DNA of 63,888 bases, the filler included, from Choristocarpus tenellus KU-1152 (taxonomy: Eukaryota; Protista; Phaeophyceae), in assembly GCA_964200185.2 (NCBI GenBank). It is 12 parts of 12 records of this genome, joined end to end, with 100 filler letters (N's around TTAATTAATTAA, not from the genome) between each part and the next. Parts side by side here need not be neighbours in the genome. Positions count along the whole stretch, not along the records: positions 1 to 8,717 come from CAXNAD020004412.1; positions 8,818 to 13,442 come from CAXNAD020013740.1; 10 more parts are not named here. One strand, given 5' to 3'. Of the stretch, positions 1 to 11,601 are shown in pieces; position 1 is the stretch's first letter; each line of letters starts with the position of its first letter. Below the pieces are notes generated by a model. The model was not told the DNA's origin, made no database searches, and saw only the letters and a program-made list of their open reading frames with translations. The translations under genes and the position numbers were made by a program.

Positions 1-535
1 ATTGGGGGGGCGGGAGAAGGAAAGGAGGAAGTGGAGGAAAGAGAAGCGGGGGGAAAATGTGTACATGGAATCTTTTTTTTTAACTATGTCGGAAAAAACT
101 TCAAACAACAGAGAAACTAACGCTCTCGAGTCAAACTTGGAACTTCATCTGTAGAAATATAATTTTTTTGGTGAATTGGCAAGAGATTGAAAAACTGGCT
201 TAAAACGAAGAACAGCCAAAAAAAATAACTTTAAAAAGGTTACCTCTAGTCTACTTACTGTGATTCAACCCCAGCACGGCAGTAGAAAGAGCTGTTGCAC
301 AAGCGCTAGAAAATATATATATTAGTTGTACGTGAAGACCTTTTTCCTTCCAACCATAGATACAGTCAGGCAGGCGGGCGGGCGGGCAGGCAGGGGGGCA
401 GCTAAGAAAAACACCTTATCACAACATCGACTTTTTTTTCTCAAAATTCCTGCACGCGCCTAACTCTGATCTCCATCTAAATCCACAACAACGAATGTCA
501 ATTCCCATCACTCTCCCCCATTGATCGTATTGCAG

Positions 536-974
536 GGACGAAACAGCCTCCAACCCTACATCTCCGCTGGCTCAATGGAAAACTCAACCTCCGCCAGCCT
601 CCTTTACCCCCAGTTCCTTGAGGCCCTGACCCTCTTGGCACAGGCTACTGCTCCACGCCTCCGTCACCTCTACCCCGACATAGCCGGACCTCCGCCCAAC
701 CGCACTCCTGAGTCGGTCCTAGGTCCCTCCCCAGATCAGATTCCGAGCCTGGGGCTAAATGCCGCCAAGCCTGACAGGTTCCCGAAGAGGTGGGAAGAAC
801 CAGGTCGGGGAAGAAGAGAAATTTCTCTCGATAGACACAACACAATGAGGAGATGCGTTGGCACTGGAATGTGAGGGGAGGGGGGAGCGGGCGGCGACGC
901 TTAAGCTGCCAGTCGAGCCCTACCTAGCGTGAACGATCGAACACAATAACACCAACAACAATTTTAAAAAAACA

Positions 975-1042
<68 letters not shown>

Positions 1043-2287
1043 CTACGGGTAGCGCGAATTTTCGTTGAATGTATTGCTGGTTTCATGTTTGTTTGTTTTT
1101 CTAGGCACAGAAAAAAAAAGTAATAACGACTCAAACGGTACAGTACAATGGTGGGTCTGAAATCGTCTCATTAGTTGGAGTTTTGGATAGCCCGCCCGTG
1201 TCCAACCACTCGGCCGATTTGAATCATCTCTCACCGTCTCTTTTTTTTCATTTTTCTCACCACCATTCCTTGTTTGACACACGCCCCCCCGAACCACACC
1301 CCCACGGCCTCACCCTTCCATCACCCTCCCTTGTCCAACCCCCCCTGCCTCCTCTGCCGCCTGTCGATAACCTCAGGTCCAGCGACGGCCCTGCATCTTG
1401 TCGATGTCCCAATGGGCTACAAAGGTTGGACCGATCTCCTGAGCAGGAAGTCAAACCTCGAAAGCATGTGTCGCCAGAGCAGCCCGGGGTGAAGGCCACC
1501 GCAACACAGACTTCCATTGATTTAGGGGCTCTCAGGGCCCTTTTTCACCACGCACGAACAGCCCCAGAGCGGCTGAAAGTGTTGCAGGAGGCGACTCAGA
1601 ACCCTCTTGGAAATCGCACTAGGGATGCAGGGCCAATATCACAAGCAACACGAGGAAAAGGCCTGGGGACTGGGCAGGGTGGTCTACATCCAGGTGCAGT
1701 AGAATCCAGTGCCACAATGGATAGAGCTTCTCACCATGAGGACATCCAGAGGGTCGTGTTGCCAAGACACTATCCCCTCAGGAGGCAGAGGTGCCGTCCA
1801 GGATGTGACGGTGATGTGTCGAGTGAAGGAAGTAGCGATGCGGATGCAAGTCCGGCCTGTCCTGCGGTCAGAACAGGAGGGGAAGGAGGGGGGGGAGGGG
1901 AAGGAGAGGCACTCGCAACCGCCTCTTGCTTGGCAGAGGAAAAAAAACGCGGGAAGTCGTGTAAGTCTACATACGGCGGAGAGGATAAGGACCAGCGGCG
2001 ATGGTTCCAACAGGGGGGGGATTTTGACAGGGAAGGATTGCACAATGAGCAACACAAAAAGGATTCTGAGGTATGCAGCATGGGAGGGATCTTTCACGAG
2101 GTCCATCTCTGTCTTGTGCGCCATGAGAAGGAGCTCCTGATCTTTCACAAGAATACCACTACAAAGTGGAAGCATCACACCCAACGGGGGCATCGTCCTG
2201 GACAGGGGGGGAGGGGAGTTGAGGAGGTTATGTCGGAGGAGGAGGGCAAGGACTCCCTTCTTACTGACATCCCAACCAATGTTGATG
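536..2287 (+). CDS. Partial gene, two exons (536-870, 1377-2287); unknown protein with a p25-alpha/EF-hand-like LLYPQFLEALTLLA motif and low-complexity linkers
   Basis: Acceptor TTGCAG|536, donor 870|GTGAGG, pyrimidine-rich acceptor CTCAG|1377, donor 2287|GTAAGC. Exon 1 ends in phase 2 and exon 2 starts in phase 2. Both lie in long open frames (ORFs 521-874 and 1183-2346). Confidence 0.55.
972..1041. repeat. (CA)n microsatellite in an intron
   Basis: Directly visible. Confidence 0.95.
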
Positions 2288-2683
2288 GTAAGCACCACTA
2301 TCTCCCTTGCTCTCAATTAGTTTTATCCTCTAATCACCCCACTTAATGCTAACCATTTTCTTGACTGAAAAAACGCTTTGCACTCGGATATTGACTTTTA
2401 GACCCTGACCACGTACTGAGTATATGGCAACACTACACAGAGCATTGTACTGAAAGAGGTTGCACAAAAAATACGGCAGACCTCGCCAACCAGGTTAGGG
2501 GTACAGCACCAGTCCAACACTTAGCCAAATCTCTGCTGGGCATTATTGTTGAAGCGACACTTTGAAAGGAATAGAACAACTTTGTCCTTGTATATTTCTT
2601 AACTTCGCTATCTTGCTTGCGCAAGGATTGACTCATGGTACACTATTGGGGAGTTGTTGCTGTCATGTTCCTGGTCCAAGTTC

Positions 2684-2865
2684 GACTCAAAGTATCTGGG
2701 GGGGAGGGGGGGTGGCAGCTGCCCATTCAGGGCCCAATTTTCCATGTTGCGATTTTTGGGTGATTTGGTTGCATGTGTCGGATGGATAATGAAAGTGGAC
2801 TTCTCCTAGTCAGGGCCAAAATGGACAACCTGGCGCATACCCCCCCCCCCCAGATACTTCAAGCC
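2684..2865. mobile_element. MITE family B (~180 bp, G-tract TIRs)
   Basis: GACTCAAAGTATCTGGGGGG...CCCCCCAGATACTTCAAGCC. Body matches the copies at 18133 and 21959. Confidence 0.85.
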
Positions 2866-2938
2866 TTCCCGTGGTGTTGGGAAAGGAGAACCTAGGTCAT
2901 GAGTCTCCTTTTGGGACCTTAGTACCTCTCCTCCATGC

Positions 2939-3212
2939 AGGAAAAAGTAAACAAGAGGTGCCCAGGTTTTGGATGTTCTTGCATTTTAAGCCACTTTTTT
3001 CATCTTCTAGCAATAATTCACCACTATTTCTATGGACGAAGTACTAAAGATTTACTTGAGAGCACTGATTTATTTCTTCTGTAGTTTGAAAATTTCCAAA
3101 AGAATTCAGAAAATTACCCACATGTATTTATTTGTACAAAAAGTCGAAATTGGCATATATTTGTCAGCATCCTTTAAATGCAACCCCGGGTACATCATGT
3201 TTACTTTGACTC
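2939..3212. mobile_element. MITE family E (~260-270 bp), degenerate
   Basis: AAAGTAAACAAGAGGTGCCCA...GGGTACATCATGTTTACTTTGACTC. Reverse-complement similarity to 6580-6839. Confidence 0.65.
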
Positions 3213-3888
3213 TGGTGGTCGTTTTCCCAATGCAATACAGGTGTATTCTATAGCACCCTAGAGCACTGCAGAGTTGGAAGCACTAGGAAACTCTTGTGTG
3301 CATACGCCCAATGCTTTTGTGCACTTAGTTTTTTCTCCCTAACTCCCCGCATTTTGTTGTTTCTAACTAAGGATCAATGAAAGACCACCTACCCAGCTCT
3401 TCAAGGACACCACTGTTGTTGTAGTTCGGAACACAATATGTGAAGTAACGTAGATGATATGCAGTACTTTGAAAAAAGTACATAGTTCATCCTCAAGCAT
3501 GCAGCAGTGCCTTGAAGGCAAACCCAAACCTTTCATCCAGCTCGGTGCCCCTCAACTGCACAAACCACTGATTGTCATCCGAGACAGATTGAGCCCCCGG
3601 CAAAAACCACAACAGATCATGCGAGTTCGTCCAGATATAGACAACATCGCAATATCACACTGGAATTATTGGTGTTGCAAGGACTTCAAGTCATACTGTG
3701 CATTGTAGTCCAGAGGGAGGCGTTCCTAATCTCACTCTATGCTAAACACACAGTACACGCAAGAGCACAGCACGCTTGCATAGTACAGTTCATCGCGCTA
3801 TGTAACACCAATACCATGTAGGGCCACAGCAGGGGCATCGAGGTACATTAAACCCTAAACCTAACCCTCTACACAATTTGTTCCTGCT

Positions 3889-4145
3889 GAGACAAAGTAT
3901 CTTAGAGGGTAGAGCTGCGTCCATTTGAGGGACAAAATCCAATGTTGCAATTTTGATGTAATTTTGACTATCATGTTTGTTAGGAGATGTCAATATCCTT
4001 GTTCCGGACACACCTTTTCATAACGTACACGTTTTACCTACTCCGAAATATTTTGGAGTAGGTAAGATGCCATTAAAACCCATGGGAAGCCAAGCCCCAA
4101 ATGGACAAACAGGGAAAAACTCGTACCCTCTAAGATACTTTCATT
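3889..4145. mobile_element. MITE family A (~258 bp)
   Basis: TIRs GAGACAAAGTATCTTAGAGGGTAGAG and CTCGTACCCTCTAAGATACTTTCATTC. Flanks TGCT/CGCT. Confidence 0.9.
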
Positions 4146-4750
4146 CCGCTGGAGAACTTTCACCAGCCCAGCAAAGACTATTGTCGAAAATGCCCTTTCT
4201 CATAAATGAAACACCCCTTTGTGCAAAACAACCAAAAATTGACAGGCCTTCGCTGTGCAAGACCCATCGTGATGAAGGAGCTCCTCCCTATTCCTAGTCA
4301 CGTGCCTGAAGATGCCCGTCCCTTGCTGGAGCTTGGACTGAACCATCATAAGGTACACAACTACATTGTTCTCACTACTGCATATTGCACTCTTAACCAT
4401 AGCAGCTTCACCACTGGCACTACTCAATGTTATTGGGAGCGTACAACACCACTATGTGTGATAATATATCTTCTGCAAGTCGATCATCAGGAATAGGAAT
4501 AATTGAGAGGGTTGAAGATTCAAATCAAGGTTTTCATATATGTGTCCTTGGCATTAGCTTTGTTTTTGCTTTCTTTTAAGTATATGATATATTTCGTCTT
4601 GAATAACACTACAGTTTTGGATCAATGTGTTGATTGATTGGCACTTTGTGTTCACATGTCGCTACACCCTCTTATGTACTCCAAAGTACATAAGGTATGT
4701 CCATGTATCCATTGGTCTGGAGTCTTACAAGTATCACATAGTGATTGGTA

Positions 4751-5740
4751 CATAACATTATACCCTCTGACTTTTTCCAGATGTGTTATGGAAAAAGCCA
4801 AACCGATATCACAAGGACCCCTGAAAAAGTAACAGTTATGATTAAGGTGAAAGGTATCTCTGTAAAATCTATATTACTATTTGAATACCAGCTATACTAC
4901 AAACACTCCCTTCAAGCCTGGCAATTACAATGTTATGTGCAGATTGCTGCTATACCTCCGACCTAGCTTAGCCCTACACAACTGGGCGAGAAAGTAGGGA
5001 ATGATCTCGAGATGATAGGTGTATGTTTTTGATCAAAGTGATAAGGGCATTGCACAGGTGCTACCATTATTGGATGGCACACATCATGACATAGTGTAAT
5101 ATATGTAATGCAGTTTCAGTGTGTTGTGCCATTAGACTTTGTGATATGACACGATGGAGTACATAAAGTTGAGTGAAAGTATCTTAGAGGGTATGAGTTT
5201 TGCCTTGCTTGTCCATTTGGGGCTTGGCTTCCCACGTGTTTTTATGACATTTTTCCTACTACTCCGAAATGTTTTGGAGTAGATAGAACGTATATGTTAT
5301 GAAAAGGTGTGTCCAGAACGTGGATATTAACACTTCCTAACAAACACAATATCCAAAATTACATCAAAATCGTAATGTTGGATTTTGGCCCCCAAATGGA
5401 CGCGCCTCCACCCTCTGAGATACTTTGTCTCAGTTGTTACTCGGTACAAAACATATTGATGACAAGGAGGGGCCTGTCAGATTATTGGGGTGGTTCCTGA
5501 GGTCCATACCAAGTTGTGCAGGGCTAAGGTAGGTTGGAGGCAGAGTAGCAATGTACGCATAGCATTGATTTTCGAGCCTTGAAGGGAATGTTGTAGTATA
5601 ACTGGTACTCAAATAGAAAATAGTTTTTGGAGATATCTCTTTCGCATTTACGACAAGTGTTATTTTTTTTAAGGTCCTTCCGATATTGAATTGACTTTTT
5701 CTTTGTTTTATATGGAAAATCTCACAGGCATAATAATATG
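4751..5740. mobile_element. Fold-back element with ~235-bp degenerate inverted arms (4751-4986, 5509-5740) and a nested MITE A
   Basis: Arm 1 ends CCGACCTAGCTTAGCCCTACACAACTGG and arm 2 begins CCAAGTTGTGCAGGGCTAAGGTAGGTTGG. A third copy of the arm lies at ~42510-42700. Confidence 0.65.
5171..5431. mobile_element. MITE family A
   Basis: Both TIRs present, with a perfect 4-bp TSD AGTT/AGTT. Confidence 0.92.
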
Positions 5741-6579
5741 ATATTATGATAATGGGTATATGGTATGTATTCTTGTGTATCACAAGGTTTAAAAAACCTA
5801 ATATTCACAACATTAAAAAGGACAACAAGATAGTAATCGCCATCGCACACGACCATACGACAATTGGAGCAGAAGCAAGAGCATGACGGAATGGGACACT
5901 GAGCACTGTGAAGTCTGTCAACCATTAGTGCGGTATTCCATTCCCGATAATGACTGGAGATCGATGTGCAGACACCCAGTGTTGTTGCAATAGATGTTGA
6001 GGAGACTGCAGAGAAGCTGCTATCGCTTTCTTCTCGAGCAGCATCACACTCTCTGTCACACGAGCGCTTCCGACCAGCACTTCAGGCAAAGCGGTTACCA
6101 CTGGTACCAGCTTCAGCAATAACAGACTCATTAGTAGCAGCAAGTTCTCTTCAGCATTACCCAGGTTTTGGGGTGGAGACCCCAGGACAGTGCATTCCTT
6201 ACCTTAGGGCTTACAGTGTGGCAGTGACGATAGGAATGGGTGGAGGGTAGAGCAGACGAGGTTCACTGGAGGGATGGAGAGAACCAAGAGGAAGCAGGCA
6301 CCCAGAAACTTTTGATTTTTATGAGAGCAACGGCAATGAAGATGCGTCGCTGTCTCCAGTAGAAGAAACCAAGGAGGTCATCAGGAAATAGAGAACGGTC
6401 AAGGTGGGTTCATTCAGTATTTTCCGTAGTTACTTCAATATGCCACATACTAGGCAAACAAGTCCACACTACTCACAATATGACCTAGACCAATCGGAAA
6501 ACAATGGGCACACAACAGCGTTTGATATTCAGTGTTGTAGACCTCGCCAGCTAGGTTACATGGCACAAACAACGCAATA

Positions 6580-6839
6580 AGTCAAAGTAAACTAGAGGTA
6601 CCCAAAGCTGTAATTTAAGTGTGGTGACAAAGATGTGCAAAACTCGACTTTTAAATATGAATATGTACAGGACATTTTGCGAAGTGTGTCAGAAAATTGT
6701 CAAACAATGGAGAAATAAAGTTTTTAGTTCAAACTTGGAACTTCATCAATAGAGATACGGGTGAATTGCAAAAGATTTGACAAACAGACTTGAACTGCAA
6801 GTCGACCTGAACCTGAGTACCTCCCGTTTACTTTGGCTC
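6580..6839. mobile_element. MITE family E
   Basis: TIRs AGTCAAAGTAAACTAGAGGTACCCA and TGAGTACCTCCCGTTTACTTTGGCTC, flanked by AATA/AATA. Related fragments at ~85-258, ~22540-22690, ~42690-42765, ~46590-46660 and ~47206-47365. Confidence 0.75.
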
Positions 6840-6979
6840 AATACCTTACCTAAGTGAGTTACAATATTACAATGAGAAGGCTCAAAAAATTTGCAATAAT
6901 TTATTCCGTATCAGCAACAAACAACAGTCCCTCCTCCTGCATCTTTTTTTTCACATTTGCTTTGTCTTGGTATCTGCTA

Positions 6980-7330
6980 GCCTTAAGGAAGGCACCAAGG
7001 GTTGGCTTTTTTTCGAGACCTCGGATGAAAGAGATCCCCCCTTCTTGTGCCCAATGCGTAGGCTATGCTTGGGTGCCCTACATCTGCTGCTGTGCCAGAG
7101 TGCGACTTTTGCGTGACCGGAATGGTGTCTGGCAAGAGGGTCTCAATGAACCCAGCAAACGCTGAGAGACGGTGCTCTTTTACTGGGGAAATTACATTTT
7201 CACTCCAAAAGAAGTAATGGGTGCTGTCGAGGAGGTCAAACAGGCATTGCCTGACTGCCTTGGAAATCCTCCGGAGGTGCTCTGGACTATGGAGGGACTT
7301 CACATCAACAGTCCCTCAGAAAGAAGATGA
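6980..7330 (+). pseudogene. Decayed hAT transposase C-terminal dimerisation domain
   Basis: One frame reads PLLVPNA*AMLGCPTSAAVPECDFCVTGMVSGKRVSMNPANAE, matching the hAT pattern P.L...A...L..P.SAA..ER.FS..G.....R.S..P...E. Contains stops and frameshifts. Confidence 0.6.
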
Positions 7331-8631
7331 AACGAGTATGTATTTCAACACACCAGTGGTTGACTCCGACCTTGAAAGAGTCGGTTTGTAAGGGTGACAT
7401 ACACAACTGAGGGTGCAGGCGGGGGTGACATACTTCCACTACTGGACCAAAGAGCAAACTCAATGGAGAGGAGAAAGCAGTTCTACCCTGATGCCGGTTC
7501 AAAAATAAACAAACTTCACCTAGATGTACTACGGTGCATACAATATTTCATCTATTGCTCCTATGTCACTGCTATTATTATCATTTTTTATATCGATAGT
7601 GAATAGTGCACTTGATGAACTCCGCTTTGCCATAGCGATGTATGATCACTTCCTCCTACTTCTCTTTTGCTTGCCTCCCCCATGGACATTTAGCTCAACC
7701 CCCACTCGATATGTTTATGTGTGCAGCAAGCAGTCTCCAACGCCCAATAATGGGAGCAAATGACATCGCTCTTCAAAGCACTGACCATTATACTTAGATA
7801 GCAGAATGTCCTCACAGCTTGCACAACGGCACAAGCAGTAGTAATGGTAGCACTATTTTACGGCATCCATACTCTTCGGACAGTTCAAGAGTATAAAATC
7901 GTAATATCATGCCGCAACTTGATGCTGTCATGCCATATGCATTAACATTTTTGGACAGTGTGAGATTGTGATACTTTGCTACAGCGTAACATGATGATGT
8001 GCTATCACAGCACACGGGAGAGGATTGAGTTGTACTAAGCCAATAACGTGATGCTGTCTCAGAACACTATGGTCGTGACGTGACATTGTGTGTGATGATA
8101 CAGCATAAATATGCTACGTTAATAAAAGACAAAATACTACGCAGTATGTTTTTTATCTGCGTGTTTCGGATCAAAACATCACAAGCATTACACAGTGTTG
8201 TATATTTTTACTATGTTTTGGGCTGATGTGTTCCTGGCGCGACATCGGGTTAGATGTGTTTTGGGCTGGACTGTTTTGGCAACTACATTAGTGTTGCGTA
8301 TGTTCTTGTCCAGTGTTGTGGGCGGAACATAGCGTCAAATGTAATGTTGTCTAGGGTATGCAATACAGATAGAGAGGTATTTGTCCTTTCTTCTCGCATT
8401 ATTTTCTCCACCTCTGCACTGTTGTATTCTGTGTATCCATTCTCTTTATGTCAGATGTATTTGTTCAGGGTGGGGTGTTTGCTCTCCTTTTGTGTTGCTC
8501 TTTCTTAATATAAGTCGGAGTAAGTCGGGGGGTTTTCTTCCTGACAATACATGTCAAGTGCCGAACATTCAAGGTCCATTGCATTGTGTATGGCACTAAA
8601 GTGCTCTGATCAATCAAGCTATAGAACAATC

Positions 8632-8717
8632 GGGTCAAAGTATCTGGGGGGGGGGGGGGAGTGGGGAGGGGGCGGCACGTTTGTTGAAGACAACTAAACT
8701 TTTTGCGCGCCATTAAA
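8632..8717. mobile_element. MITE end of the same TIR clan (variant C), cut by a contig gap
   Basis: GGGTCAAAGTATCTGGGGGGG followed by a body unlike family B. Confidence 0.65.
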
Positions 8718-8817
8718 NNNNNNNNNNNNNNNNNNNNNNNNNNNNNNNNNNNNNNNNNNNNTTAATTAATTAANNNNNNNNNNNNNNNNNNNNNNNNNNN
8801 NNNNNNNNNNNNNNNNN
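8718..8817. other. Artificial contig spacer. Identical spacers at 13443-13542, 16739-16838, 20082-20181, 29406-29505, 34411-34510, 39930-40029, 45148-45247, 48110-48209, 57214-57313 and 61249-61348; a 10-N gap at 31539-31548
   Basis: 44 N + TTAATTAATTAA (stops in all six frames) + 44 N, repeated exactly. Confidence 0.98.
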
Positions 8818-8856
8818 CAAATGGACGCGGCTCTACCCTCTAAGATAATTTGGCTC

Positions 8857-9184
8857 TTCATCTGGGTAGAATGAAATGTTACTATCCTCAAGTCTAACCC
8901 CCCACACCAGATTTGAATGAACTGGATATTTATTTCTAAAACCATTACCATTACCCGATGTAGACAATCAAATTTCTCAACATGTTATTGGTCAATACAC
9001 TATTGATAGCATTGTTGGACATAGATATGGTCCTGGTCGCCGTTCATCCACTAATCTTATCTATGGCCTTCGTCTTTGTGGCTATGGAGCGTCTTGTGAT
9101 CTTCACAAAAGAATAGAACAGATCCCACAATGCCGTGAAATGATTGCAGCCTATCGTGCAATAAATGGATTGGATAACCAGTAA
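8857..9184 (+). mobile_element. Ty3/Gypsy chromovirus remnant: integrase C-terminus plus chromodomain
   Basis: HLGRMKCYY is followed by an open frame at 8951-9184: YTIDSIVGHRYGPGRRSSTNLIYGLRLCGYGASCDL...IPQCREMIAAYR. A MITE A end (8818-8856) sits just upstream. Confidence 0.7.
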
Positions 9185-11601
9185 AATTCTCGTCCCTTGT
9201 GGTGTTGACTTAAGAATTCGTATCAACTGTTATCATACTCCTTTGCATAGTCTGTATATCATGCATTGCCGTCATGTTGTAACCTATCGTTTCAGTAAAG
9301 ATATTATTTTTATATGTGTGGTACAGATCATTGCCAAATGTTTGTTTGTTTGTTTGTTTGTTTGTTTAATTGGGTATTTATGTACTTACTTTTTAAGACT
9401 AGTGTCCCTTAGTCAGATCTCGTGGTACCCACATACTATAATCCTTTAGATAGGTTGTCCATCTAGTTTAGACAAATCGTTTGTGTGTCATTTTGCCATA
9501 GATGGATATAGTCTATTCTTTTGTGAAGAGATGAGATAACTGGTAACAGATGTCAGTTAACCTGTTCATGTCCATCTCTGACTTGGCATCTCGTGTTTGC
9601 CAGGTTTATTAATCCTTGCAAATAGACTGCATAAATATTGGTGGTTTTAGATCAATGAATATTACAATTTATTTATCTCTCAACTCTCCTCGTTTGCATG
9701 AGTGGACACATGCGGTGGTGAAGAGACCGTATCACTGGGCACATTAATACATTAGCACTTGTGTGCTAAAGGTGGCGGTTCAATACATCATGTCACGTTT
9801 TTGAAATGGATTTCTTGATCATCATGAAATAACTAATCCCATCCTAAAACAGAAAAAAAATGAAGAGTCATGTCTACCACCAGGTAAGAGATGGAGACTT
9901 CAGGTGAGCCATACATGTTATTTATATTTATTTTTTCGTGTGGCATGATTCCCCTGACATAATGTAATGGCCGTACAGTCACCTCATATTTTTATTATTA
10001 TGCCCTCGGACATTTTGCAGATTTGTCAGGGGGGAAACCAATGAAAACTATACATATGTCGTTATTAGCCCTAAAGAAATAAAATATCCTAAACGTAAGA
10101 GCACTATAAAACATCGTAAGCGTGGAAACCACTAATCTAACAGTTACTTAACCAATATATAATATTGTACTACTGTCGTCCTTTGCTTCCCCTCGTATCG
10201 TTTTCGGAGAGTTGAGCTCCACCAACATCGTACGTCTGAGTTGTCCACTTGGAATATTGTAGTCATCTTGACCAATATTCCAATCGATGTCAGAATTGAG
10301 GAAAGAGAGTGGGTGCACATATTTGATCTCGTCGTTTGCTGTGTCGATTTGATCATACAACACGTGATGTTGTTTTCGCGCATCGGAGTGGTGATCAAAT
10401 CATCATATCACACCCGTATAGCAATAACGAGTCACTTATACCAGTCAAACCGTCTGTTGACATCGTATATAGTGTTTGCTCCTTGTATCCCCATTCTGCG
10501 TGTATCCTCTGTTTTATACAAGATAATAGAGACCCTATATGCTGACCATATATACCTATCGCCTCGTCATTAGGCTGATTGATATGCTGATCCCATACTC
10601 TTAGACCTCGTGATTGGTGTGCTGACCACACACCGTCAACCTTAGGCTTATGTTATCCTGATCAGTTATTCATTGTGTGCCTCGTTTATATATTACACTT
10701 CATTTTATATTAATGGAGTCGTGTAATACAATGGTGCAATGGTATACTAAGGATTATACATGTTTCTATTCCGCTACCAGAGCTCACTTTATGGTAGACC
10801 TTGAATCATGTTTAAAGGGTTCAAGGCCGATCAGAAGGGGGGGGGTGATGTGGAAAGCATGTTTGTCTGTTGTTATACCGTTATACCGTTGTACCGACTG
10901 AGGTTCCTTGTCAAGCCGTCCATGATTCCACTGGCGGACATTCCTTCAGAATGAAACCCTGGAATCTCTTCACGAGACCAATCCCACAGACTTGGGACAG
11001 CTTGTCAGAGTTGTCACACATGGAAGATCCACTTTGTTCTCACGTCTTGACTTGTAGTCATGATGCCCTTTTCTGAAGATGCTTATGACTCCTCAATTTG
11101 CACTTGACCAACCTTAAGCTTGCACTCTTTGTTACGGTTTGTCTTTGTTCATCTAGTCCATATTGCCCGGTGATTCTCTTCACCACCTTTGCCCGAGTGA
11201 ACCACGACGTCACAGAATCACACGATTCACAACTACAATACTTCTTGGTGATCTTTTTGATAATGGTTCAGAAAATAAGTTCAAACAACATATCCACACA
11301 ACGAATGAATAACACCAATAACAGTCTCCTATGAAAACCCCTCTTGCTCAGAGCTCGGCACACATTCCTCAGTACGTATGTTATTCCCCTCAAGTCACTC
11401 TATGGTGACTTTTCACAATACAGCTGTCAGCGTCCCTTGTCCACAGAGCTCAAATATCCTGCCAAGAATATCATGGAATGGGGAACTTGACATAAGAAGT
11501 AATATCTGCACCAATGAAACATCCTCTATGTCATGTGCACCAAAGACAGACCTTACAACCTCCCTATACCCCTTAATTTTGGTGTAATACTCGCAGTCAA
11601 C

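Noticed and set aside
3790-4297. Recurrent short ORFs with similar peptides (YIKIATLDF, SQAPNGQTG) across the window
   Set aside because: These are chance translations of the non-coding MITE A. Frames and stops differ between copies.
8762-8773. Recurrent TTAATTAATTAA motif, and ORFs running through X into 'LIN'
   Set aside because: Artificial contig linker, not biological. Gene neighbourhoods across these gaps were not interpreted.
10833-11600. Polypurine tract followed by TG as the start of a 3' LTR
   Set aside because: No second LTR or TSD is available to confirm it, and the region may be the 3' UTR of the adjacent minus-strand gene.
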